From a virus (taxonomy: Duplodnaviria; Heunggongvirae; Uroviricota; Caudoviricetes), in the IMG/VR virus record IMGVR_UViG_3300046779_000230, positions 23,562 to 87,561 of that record: a stretch of DNA of 64,000 bases; one strand, written 5' to 3'. The stretch's first letter is position 1. Every line of letters starts with the position of its first letter. The notes beneath the pieces were generated by a model, which saw only the letters and a list, made by a program, of their open reading frames with translations, was not told the DNA's origin and made no database searches. Shown here piece by piece: positions 34,291 through 43,169 of the stretch. Made by a program: the position numbers and the translations under genes.

Positions 34291-35415
34291 TTAGAAGGGG
34301 ATTTCCTCTTCATAAGGCTGGGGAACTACTTTTTGGGGCTTGACAGGCTCTGGTTCAGGAGAAGCCACTTTATCGTACAAGTCGATAAATGCAGTCCTAG
34401 TCGAAGCATCAAACCGATTGCAGCACAGCTGTACGGCTTTTTCGCGATTCTTAAAGATTGCAAAGGCTCGAACAATGTGAATCATACGACGAGTTGTAAT
34501 AGTCTCATCGCAACCACCATCAGCAAAAGTTCTACGAATAGCTTCAGCCCACTTGACTAGAGTTTCAGCAAATTCTTCATCAACACAAGAGTATGTATCC
34601 ATCAGATTTTTAATAATCTTAACTTCAATCTTTGCGTTGGGATAGTCTTGATCAAAGGTAACAGCAAAACGCTCAAGGAACGCTTCGTTCAGAATGTTAG
34701 TACCAATGTAACGACCATCATCACTGCCTTTACCTTTTGTGTTGGCAGTGGCGATAATGTTAAATCCCTGAGCAGGAACAATCATCTCATTTTTAAGTTT
34801 GAAGTAGTATGGCTTGCCTTCAAGGATAGGTTGCAAGCACAACAAGGTGTTGGCAGCGCCAGCATCAATTTCATCCAACAGCAGAGTACAACCTGTGCGC
34901 ATGGCGATTAGCACTGGACCTTCGACAATTTCAACATTACCCTCTTGAAGAGTCTTGGAACCAATAAGTTGTTCTTCATCAGTCATCATGTTAAGGTTAA
35001 CACGAATCAATGGCTTCTTGTGCTTGGCACAAATTTGCTCAACCATTGTTGACTTACCATTACCAGTTGGACCAGAGATATAAGTTGGGTAGAAGATACC
35101 TTCTTTGATAATAGACTCAATGTCTGAGTAGTTACCAAATGGTACAAAGTTAGGATCTTTAACAGGAATCAAAGAATTGGATTCTTGAACAACTTCTTTC
35201 GTTGGGCTTTGAGCAGCTTGCTTCTTGGCAACAGAATATGAGCCACGACCAACTTTTTCAGTCATGAGCCAAACAGGATACTTGCTAGTGCCAAGATCAC
35301 TCATAACTTCCAACAGTTGCTGTCTGGTAACAACACCATCTGCAGAAACTGCAGGGAACATCTCATACATTCGGTTCTCAAAAGAACCACGAAACTCAGA
35401 ATCAATTTTAGCCAT
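34291..35415 (-). CDS. MoxR/CbbQ-class AAA+ ATPase (CobS-like)
   Basis: It has the Walker A motif ISGPTGNGKST and the Walker B motif TLLLDEIDA. At 374 aa it is followed downstream by a VWA partner gene. Confidence 0.8.
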   Translation of the reverse strand: MAKIDSEFRGSFENRMYEMFPAVSADGVVTRQQLLEVMSDLGTSKYPVWLMTEKVGRGSYSVAKKQAAQSPTKEVVQESNSLIPVKDPNFVPFGNYSDIESIIKEGIFYPTYISGPTGNGKSTMVEQICAKHKKPLIRVNLNMMTDEEQLIGSKTLQEGNVEIVEGPVLIAMRTGCTLLLDEIDAGAANTLLCLQPILEGKPYYFKLKNEMIVPAQGFNIIATANTKGKGSDDGRYIGTNILNEAFLERFAVTFDQDYPNAKIEVKIIKNLMDTYSCVDEEFAETLVKWAEAIRRTFADGGCDETITTRRMIHIVRAFAIFKNREKAVQLCCNRFDASTRTAFIDLYDKVASPEPEPVKPQKVVPQPYEEEIPF

Positions 35416-35441
35416 AATAAATTACTCCATTCACTAACATA

Positions 35442-35470
35442 ATTATACTGTAGTTATTGTTGCAAGTCAA
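35442..35470 (-). promoter_or_regulatory. sigma70-type early promoter TTGACT-17-TATAAT
   Basis: The minus strand reads TTGACTTGCAACAATAACTACAGTATAAT, ending 26 nt upstream of the ATG at 35415. Confidence 0.6.
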
Positions 35471-37707
35471 GCAACATATCCAATGAATCGGTTCAACAAA
35501 ACACGACTTGTTTTCTTGACATTTAGATAATTACTAAACTTTCTAGAAATAGCAGAAGCACTCATATTTGAAGTTGCTTCAAGTTCACCATCATCAATCT
35601 TAGTTGAAGATTGTGGAATCAAGAACAAGTCATCTCTGCCAGTGCCACTAATAGAAGCAAAGCCAGCATTCTTAAAATCTTTTCTCCAGTCTTCAATCAA
35701 TTCTTCGTAGTTACCCTTGAAGTCTGGAATGTTGCAACGAATAACACTTCTAAGATCTCGCAATGAGTTCTTAGAAATATAAAAGCCAACGACTGCAACA
35801 CCATAACGATCCTTAATCATACGAAGGATGACTTCGGTTTGCTTGGAAGAATCTGAACTAAACTCATAAGTCTTTTGTGTTTGTTCATCACGGATAAAAT
35901 GCTTTTGTGTGATTCTCTTATACTGACCATTGATATACTCATTCGAGTAAGAGTGTAAACCTGCACGAGAACCAACATATGGACCAATAGAACCACCTTC
36001 ACCATCGGTCAGTGTGATGAAAGTCATCTTTTCAATATTGTTGTTCTTGATGTACGTACCAAGATTGTTGTAAACCCAAACAAGAGCCTGATTCAATGGA
36101 GTTGCACCAAGGTCATAACCTTCATTCAAAAAGAATTTTGGATCAAGTGTGCGTTTAGCCATAGTGTTAAATTCACTGGATGTCATTTTATCAGAGAACA
36201 ATTCCAGCAACCTAAAGTTATCATTGGTCTTTAGAGTATCTCTGTTCTTGCTAACAGATGGAGATGGAGATTTATATCCATAACGATCTATTGTCTTCAA
36301 GTGATATTGAGATGTGAAAGCCAAAACACGGTATGGAATCTGAACCTTTGAACAGAACATAGCCAAGTTAATAACTTGTTGTAGTGTTTCTGTTATAACA
36401 TTAGACATGGAACCAGACCAGTCCAACAAGAAAATCATACCGTGATTTTTACCAGTGGGTAACACAGTCACACGTTTGAACAAGTCATCATTTAGTTTAT
36501 ACGACCAAATTTTACGCATGTCCAGCGAACCAACTTTAGAAGTTTGTGCACGCTTGTACATCTGAGCAGACTTACGCATATCAAATTCTTTGACAAGGTA
36601 ATTCACAGTGCGCACAGATTCACTTTTGAATTTCTCAAAGTCTGCATCAATTTCTTTTTGACGGTTGACCATCTGTTCATACCAACTATTACGGTATGGC
36701 ATATCGTCAATAGTCCAAGTTTTTTTGATCTCGTTCAAGATAGTCTTGTAAGAGATAACAGGATCTTCTTGGTAATGAGTATCGTATTTCCAGTAAAAAT
36801 AATGAGTGCTGTCATCAGCCAAACTTTCCAGTTGCTGACTAAATGCTTTGTCTGTTAGAGACTCAAGTTCATCTTCAGTTGTATCTTGGTTTGACTCAGC
36901 AGGAGTTTCAGTCTCTTCCTGTTCACCGCTTGGCTTACCATTTGGTTGTTGCTGATCATCAGAGTCTTGCTCTGCGTCAGAGTCATCCGAGTCATTAGAA
37001 GCAGGGGCTTCATCTTCTTGATCGTCTTCTTCTTGATCGTCTGCAGAACCAAATGTCTGGCTTGGATCATCTTGGTCATCATCTTCTTCTTCTTCTTGAT
37101 CTTCGGGAATAGATGACTTAGAAGAGTTTTGCTGGCGCTGTTCTTTTTGTTGCTTGATCTGATCCTTTGAAAACTCATAAATTTCATGAGCCAGTTCAAT
37201 GACTTCTTCAACAGTCTCACATCGTTCAGCACGATCTACGAATTCACGCTCAATAGAATTGAACTTAACACCACAATCAAAACCAGCTTTGTAGTACATG
37301 TTGATTTTGTCAATCAACAAAAGTTTGTCAAATGATTGGACTTGTTTAACCTTAAAGAAGTCACGATCGTTAAGTTGTTTGTAACCAGCACTCATGCGTT
37401 TACGCAGACCTGGATACTTACGTTTGATTAGTTTTTCAATGCGCACATCCTCCAGCACATTAAGGTATGTCATAATGCGAGGATTCTTTTCGATGGGTTC
37501 GATGTACTTTTCGCCTGTGTAAAGAGCGTGACCAACTTCGTGAGCGATCAACATGTCTTCAATCTCTGGCGTCATGTCTTTCCAGAGTGGCAAAGTTAAC
37601 ACACGTGATCTGATATCAAAAGATGCAGTACGTGTTGTGGCGCGAACAACAGTTAGGTTTTCTGTTGCAAGAAGTTTAGCGGATAGGTCTGATGTTGCAG
37701 TGTGCAT
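35467..37707 (-). CDS. VWA-domain protein with an N-terminal HExxH metallopeptidase-like domain (CobT-like/DUF2201-type partner of the MoxR ATPase)
   Basis: It contains LIAHEVGHALYT (HExxH), an acidic linker of about 90 aa, and IFLLDWSGSM (DxSxS MIDAS motif). I moved the start to the ATG at 37707, which follows the RBS GGAGAT. Confidence 0.75.
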   Translation of the reverse strand: MHTATSDLSAKLLATENLTVVRATTRTASFDIRSRVLTLPLWKDMTPEIEDMLIAHEVGHALYTGEKYIEPIEKNPRIMTYLNVLEDVRIEKLIKRKYPGLRKRMSAGYKQLNDRDFFKVKQVQSFDKLLLIDKINMYYKAGFDCGVKFNSIEREFVDRAERCETVEEVIELAHEIYEFSKDQIKQQKEQRQQNSSKSSIPEDQEEEEDDDQDDPSQTFGSADDQEEDDQEDEAPASNDSDDSDAEQDSDDQQQPNGKPSGEQEETETPAESNQDTTEDELESLTDKAFSQQLESLADDSTHYFYWKYDTHYQEDPVISYKTILNEIKKTWTIDDMPYRNSWYEQMVNRQKEIDADFEKFKSESVRTVNYLVKEFDMRKSAQMYKRAQTSKVGSLDMRKIWSYKLNDDLFKRVTVLPTGKNHGMIFLLDWSGSMSNVITETLQQVINLAMFCSKVQIPYRVLAFTSQYHLKTIDRYGYKSPSPSVSKNRDTLKTNDNFRLLELFSDKMTSSEFNTMAKRTLDPKFFLNEGYDLGATPLNQALVWVYNNLGTYIKNNNIEKMTFITLTDGEGGSIGPYVGSRAGLHSYSNEYINGQYKRITQKHFIRDEQTQKTYEFSSDSSKQTEVILRMIKDRYGVAVVGFYISKNSLRDLRSVIRCNIPDFKGNYEELIEDWRKDFKNAGFASISGTGRDDLFLIPQSSTKIDDGELEATSNMSASAISRKFSNYLNVKKTSRVLLNRFIGYVA

Positions 37708-37725
37708 AATGTATCTCCAGATAGA

Positions 37726-37754
37726 ATTATACACCAAAACCGTATAAAAGACAA
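37726..37754 (-). promoter_or_regulatory. sigma70-type early promoter TTGTCT-17-TATAAT
   Basis: The minus strand reads TTGTCTTTTATACGGTTTTGGTGTATAAT, directly after terminator 37761-37787. Confidence 0.55.
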
Positions 37755-37760
37755 CACCAA

Positions 37761-37787
37761 TAAAAAACCCTGTCAGAGACAGGGTTT
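37761..37787 (-). terminator. rho-independent terminator after gp46
   Basis: The hairpin is AAACCCUGUC-UCU-GACAGGGUUU followed by UUUA (UUUUUU counting the last stem bases). Confidence 0.8.
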
Positions 37788-37791
37788 GCGG

Positions 37792-39510
37792 TTAGTTAGT
37801 TGCAATAACTGAAAAGTCGTTTCGTTTTTCAAACTTGATCACACTTCTAAACTTATCGAACAACTGGTCACCTTTGTGAGAGATAACAAAGACATTCGAA
37901 TGTTCTCCAAGAGTATTCATTAGATTCAAGAAGTAATCAGTACCAGCTGTGTCCAAACTTGAATCAAAAATCTCGTCTAATAGCAACAAGTTTGTGTTCA
38001 CTGAGTTTTTCATCTTGGCAATTTGTCGCCATGTAAACAAGATTGATAAGTCGATACGCATCTTTTCGCCTTCAGAGAAACTTGCATAAGTAAACTCATC
38101 GCGATGACGAGATTTGACAATCTCGTTAAAGTTCTCATCAAGTTCAAAGTGAATGTAAGCATCCATGGCATTCAGATACTTGTTAATCAACTTGTTCATA
38201 ACTGGCAAGTATTCACGAATGATAGCAGTTTTGATCCCAGTGTCTTTTAACAACAAGTTTGCTACTTCTTCGAGATTACGGTGTTCTTGTAGAGTAGTTT
38301 TCTGCTTGATCAATTCCATGGCAGCACTTGCTAGTTCTTTCAACTTACGCTTTTCTTCATCAACATTGGCTGTGTCCATAGTCGATTCTTCGACTTCAGC
38401 TTGAAGAGTCTTGTTCAACTTGTTCAACATAGAGATGTTGGCATTAAGCGTTGAAAGTTTGATATTTAAATCAGTGATTTCTTTTAGAACAGTGTTCATG
38501 TCTGACAAGTCGTTATTCAACTTGCTAAAGATATCTTCTAAATCAGACAGTCTCTTGTTCTCAAATTCAATCTTGGCATTTAGTTCTTGAACAATGGTTT
38601 CTTTATGATCGTGCGGAATGCCTTGTGAGCAGGACGGGCATACGCTGTTCTCATCAAAGAATTCGGCATGATGTTTGTGTTGCTCGACGATGGAAAGTAG
38701 TTTATTTTTAAACCCCTTTGCCTTTTCAATGTCACTATCAACCTTACTCTTGTTAGCAGTTTGTAGTTGGAGTGAGGTAATCTCAGCAAGTGTCTCAGCC
38801 ACCGCTGTTTCGCTTCGCTGTATTTCTGAGTTATTAGCTTCGATCTTAGATAGTAGAGATCCAATAGCTTCTGACTTGGCATTTGTAAGAGTTTTAATGA
38901 GTAACGATTGTCCATCAACCTTAGTCTTCGCAGTTGCAATCTCCCCTTCAATCCTCTTGATAGTGTCACGTGTTTCATTGGCTTTTTCTTTCAACAACTG
39001 ATTCATAGTCGAGAAGATACGAATATCAAGAATGTCTTCAATAACTTCTCGGCGTTGACTTGGAGACAACTGCATGAATGGGACAAACGAAGCTGAACCC
39101 AAGATAACAACCTGTGTGAAGGTTTTGTAGTTCAGTTTTAAAATCTGTTGCTCAAGAACTTTTTGGTAGTCTTTGGCAGCAGCATCTTGGTTCATTAAAA
39201 CACTATCAACCCAAATTTCAAATTTGTTGGGTTTGATACCACGAATAACTTTATACTTCTTGGCACCAATACTGAATTGAACTTCAACAAGACAGTTCTT
39301 ACCATTGATAGAGTTAATCAGTTGTCCCTTGTTGATATTACGAAATGGTTTACCAAACAAAGCAAAACACAAGGCATCTAGAACAGTGGATTTACCTTCA
39401 CCGTTCTTGCCAATGATAAGAGTGGTTGTTGATTTGTTCAGTAAGATTTTGTTAGCAGAATTACCAGTTGATAGAAAATTCTTCCATTCAATACTTTCGA
39501 AAACAATCAT
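37792..39510 (-). CDS. gp46: Rad50/SbcC-like recombination ATPase (T4 gp46 homolog)
   Basis: It has the Walker A motif GKNGEGKST, a long coiled coil with a CPSC zinc hook, the signature FSEGEKMR and the Walker B motif LLLLDEIF. Confidence 0.9.
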   Translation of the reverse strand: MIVFESIEWKNFLSTGNSANKILLNKSTTTLIIGKNGEGKSTVLDALCFALFGKPFRNINKGQLINSINGKNCLVEVQFSIGAKKYKVIRGIKPNKFEIWVDSVLMNQDAAAKDYQKVLEQQILKLNYKTFTQVVILGSASFVPFMQLSPSQRREVIEDILDIRIFSTMNQLLKEKANETRDTIKRIEGEIATAKTKVDGQSLLIKTLTNAKSEAIGSLLSKIEANNSEIQRSETAVAETLAEITSLQLQTANKSKVDSDIEKAKGFKNKLLSIVEQHKHHAEFFDENSVCPSCSQGIPHDHKETIVQELNAKIEFENKRLSDLEDIFSKLNNDLSDMNTVLKEITDLNIKLSTLNANISMLNKLNKTLQAEVEESTMDTANVDEEKRKLKELASAAMELIKQKTTLQEHRNLEEVANLLLKDTGIKTAIIREYLPVMNKLINKYLNAMDAYIHFELDENFNEIVKSRHRDEFTYASFSEGEKMRIDLSILFTWRQIAKMKNSVNTNLLLLDEIFDSSLDTAGTDYFLNLMNTLGEHSNVFVISHKGDQLFDKFRSVIKFEKRNDFSVIATN

Positions 39511-40568
39511 TAAACAACCTCAATGTTAACTGCTTCAGTGTATAAACTGCGCATGTATGTTTTAATCTTTTCTTTATCCATATCAGTCTCGATAGAATCA
39601 ACGTAGTGACCAAGAACAGAAAGCGTATCTTCTAGATTGATATTTTCATCATCAAGTTCGCCGTCACTAAACTCAGACATATCTTCGACAACTTTGATAT
39701 CTTGACATCCTTTATTATACAACTTTTGAATAAACTTATCAAACTTGTAATAGTCAGTTTTATTGACAACAACTAATCTAACATACTTGCCTGTTAGATC
39801 TGATTTGTCAAGGTCGAAGGGTTCTTTATCCTTGTCGTCGTACTCAATTCTCTCGAACATTCGATAAGGATTGCGAATGAAGTCGAGGTTTCTTGTGTCG
39901 AGGTCAAACAAGTGAAATCCTCGGGGATCGTTATAGTCTTGCCATGTAAGCTCATATGGGTTTCCGAGGTAGTAGATCTGCTTATCATCAGACTTGTGAT
40001 GATAATGCCCAGAAAAAACCATGTCAAACTTGTCGAATGTTTCTTTAGAAAGTCCATCATGCGATTCCATACCTCTGTACATAGCAAAGCCAGCAATTTC
40101 AAAGTGACCCATACAAATTTCGGCTTTTGTACTTTTCATATGGTCAACGCATTCAGAATAATTATCTGTACAGATCCAAGGAATCATACAAATAGAAACA
40201 CCATCAATGACGATGGTTTCTGGTTTAGAGATAACATCTATGTTGGCATACTCGTTCAACAATAAGTCTGGTGAGTTGACATCATTGGTATTCTTGAAGT
40301 AAGTATCGTGATTACCTGCCAACATATGAACTCGAATTCCTCTACGCTCAAGTTCATCAAAGAACATTTTCTTGGCTCTGTCAAGAGCGTAGAAGTTTAC
40401 GTACTTACGGCGATCAAAAGTATCACCAAGAATAAGAACAGTATTAATATTGTTTTTATCCAGCGTAGGAAAAAATACATTTTGATAAAACTTTTCAAAG
40501 AAATCCAAGAATGTGATGCTGTCGTTGCGAGCACCAAAATGTTGATCAGTTATTAACGCTACCTTCAT
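39510..40568 (-). CDS. gp47: Mre11/SbcD-like nuclease (T4 gp47 homolog)
   Basis: The phosphoesterase motifs are ITDQHFG, LGDTFDR, LAGNHD and SGHYHH. Confidence 0.9.
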   Translation of the reverse strand: MKVALITDQHFGARNDSITFLDFFEKFYQNVFFPTLDKNNINTVLILGDTFDRRKYVNFYALDRAKKMFFDELERRGIRVHMLAGNHDTYFKNTNDVNSPDLLLNEYANIDVISKPETIVIDGVSICMIPWICTDNYSECVDHMKSTKAEICMGHFEIAGFAMYRGMESHDGLSKETFDKFDMVFSGHYHHKSDDKQIYYLGNPYELTWQDYNDPRGFHLFDLDTRNLDFIRNPYRMFERIEYDDKDKEPFDLDKSDLTGKYVRLVVVNKTDYYKFDKFIQKLYNKGCQDIKVVEDMSEFSDGELDDENINLEDTLSVLGHYVDSIETDMDKEKIKTYMRSLYTEAVNIEVV

Positions 40569-40576
40569 GCAATTCC

Positions 40577-40801
40577 TCAGAATGATGTTGGTTGTGCTAC
40601 ACCACGAACAAGAGCCATCAGACCAGTTTGTAAGTCTGTTGCACCGATACTAATCCAACGCTGATCCAGAGTAGGTTGTGAGCGTAGACGTTCAACCAAT
40701 TCTCCAAGTTCAGCACCTTTGGCTTTGATCTCATTCATAAGATTAATCTCATCTTGAGAAAGATCACGATAGCCTTTAATTTGTTTGTGTTGATTGTCCA
40801 T
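40577..40801 (-). CDS. hypothetical small protein
   Basis: I moved the start to MDNQHKQIKGYRDLSQDEINLMN, which follows the RBS AAGGAG. No motif was recognised. Confidence 0.45.
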   Translation of the reverse strand: MDNQHKQIKGYRDLSQDEINLMNEIKAKGAELGELVERLRSQPTLDQRWISIGATDLQTGLMALVRGVAQPTSF

Positions 40802-40940
40802 CAGGAATCTCCTTGTATAATTTAATTTCAATGACATCTCCAGTTTTAACAGTTAGTGAAAACTGACTAGCTTCACCAAACGTGTTAAACCACTTAAAAG
40901 CCACCATTGACCCAGATGTGTAGTATGTAACTTTATACAT
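40776..40940 (-). CDS. possible 54-aa protein (below the track cutoff)
   Basis: The product starts MYKVTYYTSGSMVAFKWFNTFGEASQFSLTVKTGDVIEIKLYKE. Its start overlaps the AAA ATPase stop (TGATG) and its 3' end overlaps the next gene by 26 nt. Confidence 0.3.
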   Translation of the reverse strand: MYKVTYYTSGSMVAFKWFNTFGEASQFSLTVKTGDVIEIKLYKEIPDGQSTQTN

Positions 40941-42124
40941 CAATAAAAACCAACCTTTCTGGAATTCTTTGAATTCTTGACACCATCAGATTGCTTGTTG
41001 AAAATTTCAGCAATGCTGTACTTGCCAGTGGCACTGTCAGTTGGCGCAGCGACGCCAAGTTTGTCAGCCAATACTTTGGCTTGTGATGTATCCAACTGAT
41101 CAAAGGTAACGATGTCAAAACAACGACCTGGACGCACCAAGGCAGAATCAACATCGCGAATGCTTGGCAAATTTGTAGAGAAGATCATCTTCTTACCGCG
41201 AGTTGTAACCAAACCATCACCCACGTTCAAGAAACGGTGCATCATTGTGTTACCGTCACTACGAGACTTCAAGAATGCATCACTGTCTTCCAACACCATG
41301 ATTTCAGTGTCGTCTTCGATAAAGCGTGCAAAGAAACCATCCTTCTCAAGGATTTGAGAATCGTAAGAAACGATTGCGGATGCGTTGCGGTGAGACAGCA
41401 AGCCACGGATGAATGTAGTCTTGCCAGTTCCAGGTGGACCAATCAACAGCAAGATGTTTGCTGAAGAATTCATATATCGATCGTAGTAGCTTTCCAGAGA
41501 TTCACCATTAAGGAATGGATACATCTCAGCAACTGGCAAACGATCACGGTTAAGAGGGACGCTCACAGAATGACCATCGCTGCCGTAAACCCATTCGATG
41601 TGAGATGTCACAACAGAGAATGCGTCTTCAACCATCTCGATGATCTCAGTAACAAACTCTTGGCTACCATATGCACGAACATTAGTTGAGTTTGAGCTAA
41701 CGCTGTATGTGATGTATTCGTTGGTTGCTTCAATGACGATAAAGCCAGAAGAAGAACCACCTTGAACAATCAAATCACCATCAAAGTTTTGTTCAACCCA
41801 ATTAGCCCATGTGCGACGATTGGCAAGCACAGTTGTATCGCGGTGGAGTGTGCGTTGGTTTGCGTCAACGCGACGCTTTAAAATTTCTGATGTGATCAGA
41901 TCATCAAAGTCGTTAACACCAAGAAAGATTTTGTTGTCAGTTTGATTGTTCATATATGTATTCAAGTTCAAATAATTATCATCTGCAGAAATTGTTCTAC
42001 GCTTTAGAGTTCTACCACTTCTTGCTCTAATCGCTCTAGCCCTAGCGGGTCTGTATGCTATTGCTCGTTCAATACCACCATTACTAAGGCTATTGATCAA
42101 GTCCCTCACGCTCTGTGACATCAT
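40940..42124 (-). CDS. classical-clade AAA ATPase (BCS1-like)
   Basis: It has the Walker A motif LLIGPPGTGKTT, the Walker B motif IMVLEDSDA and ALVRPGRCFD. The N-terminal domain of about 220 aa is of unknown function. Confidence 0.8.
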   Translation of the reverse strand: MMSQSVRDLINSLSNGGIERAIAYRPARARAIRARSGRTLKRRTISADDNYLNLNTYMNNQTDNKIFLGVNDFDDLITSEILKRRVDANQRTLHRDTTVLANRRTWANWVEQNFDGDLIVQGGSSSGFIVIEATNEYITYSVSSNSTNVRAYGSQEFVTEIIEMVEDAFSVVTSHIEWVYGSDGHSVSVPLNRDRLPVAEMYPFLNGESLESYYDRYMNSSANILLLIGPPGTGKTTFIRGLLSHRNASAIVSYDSQILEKDGFFARFIEDDTEIMVLEDSDAFLKSRSDGNTMMHRFLNVGDGLVTTRGKKMIFSTNLPSIRDVDSALVRPGRCFDIVTFDQLDTSQAKVLADKLGVAAPTDSATGKYSIAEIFNKQSDGVKNSKNSRKVGFY

Positions 42125-42656
42125 CTACTCCATCATCAATAAATTCATCTAAGTTTGGTTGCTTTTTCTTTTTCTTTTCTTTTTTGCGTTCAATAAACGT
42201 ATCGTCAAACGTCTGATTGGCTTGCATAAATTCAAGATAAGCATTGTGGTATCCTGTACCTTCGTCTTGCTCTTGCAGTTCAAACATCTCAAAGGGCATG
42301 TCTTGTATCAACTTGCCTTTGATGTATGATTGTTTCTTTTCTTTTGCTATCCTACGCAAGAATGCATAGTAAATAATTTGGGTGAAGTATGCAAAAGGAT
42401 TGCTGGACTTGTCTGGGTTAAAGTTATCAATGTACTGAATGCAGTTCTCGATACCGTCGAGAATCATATCATCACGATATGAGTAGTTGATAAAGTTTGG
42501 CTTGTACGAAAGGTGATTGGCGATCTTTAAGATGCATTCACCGATGTAGTTGCTAATGATTGGCTTGGGTCTGCCTTCTTGTTTAGCCAACTCCACAGAG
42601 TCTCTATACTTAATTAGTGCATCTAAAAAATCTTTGTTATTTACGTAGTGAGCCAT
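42090..42656 (-). CDS. gp55: late-transcription sigma factor (T4 gp55 homolog)
   Basis: YVNNKDFLDALIKY parallels T4 YVNNKELLQAIIDW. NPFAYFTQIIYYAFLRRIAKEKK parallels T4 [23 protein letters not shown]. Confidence 0.9.
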   Translation of the reverse strand: MAHYVNNKDFLDALIKYRDSVELAKQEGRPKPIISNYIGECILKIANHLSYKPNFINYSYRDDMILDGIENCIQYIDNFNPDKSSNPFAYFTQIIYYAFLRRIAKEKKQSYIKGKLIQDMPFEMFELQEQDEGTGYHNAYLEFMQANQTFDDTFIERKKEKKKKKQPNLDEFIDDGVDDVTEREGLDQ

Positions 42657-42692
42657 ACATGGGCGTTCCTCTTGTAGTTCAAGTTATCAAGT

Positions 42693-42721
42693 ATTATACA
42701 GCAACAAGTGTGAAAAGACAA
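42693..42721 (-). promoter_or_regulatory. sigma70-type early promoter TTGTCT-17-TATAAT
   Basis: The minus strand reads TTGTCTTTTCACACTTGTTGCTGTATAAT, ending 36 nt upstream of the gp55 ATG. Confidence 0.6.
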
Positions 42722-42815
42722 ACTTTCTTTTGTAGCCAAAGCATTGCAAAATACATTTGCTTTTTTATTTGACTTGAGGCATAATTCAGGGTGTTAGGGT
42801 TGGTAAAGATATAGA

Positions 42816-43169
42816 TCAATTAATCGTATCGTTACCGTCCATTATGAATCTGTAGGATCCGTCATCCTCTGCTTCTCTCTCAGGACGCTCATCTTCTTCT
42901 GACTCTGTCAGCCTGATGTATGTTTTTATAAATGGCTCAGCCAGATTTTTGATAAACATTACATCTCTCTTGTCCAAGATGAATTCAGAATCTTCAGTGA
43001 AGGGACAGAATGGAGCAGCTGCAAGATGTTCTCTACCATCTGCAAGAGATGGCACAGACTTGATCACAAGAGGATTATTCAGCTGAACAAAATTTTCATC
43101 CTCAGCCCCTAAGACAGACATCAACGTCTCTCCAGAAACAAGTTTCAACACAACATAGACATCATTCAT
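42816..43169 (-). CDS. hypothetical protein with an acidic C-terminus
   Basis: The 117-aa product has the N-terminal pattern LKLVSGETLMSV...VQLNNP..I, which weakly resembles ORF 24058-24357. Confidence 0.45.
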   Translation of the reverse strand: MNDVYVVLKLVSGETLMSVLGAEDENFVQLNNPLVIKSVPSLADGREHLAAAPFCPFTEDSEFILDKRDVMFIKNLAEPFIKTYIRLTESEEDERPEREAEDDGSYRFIMDGNDTIN

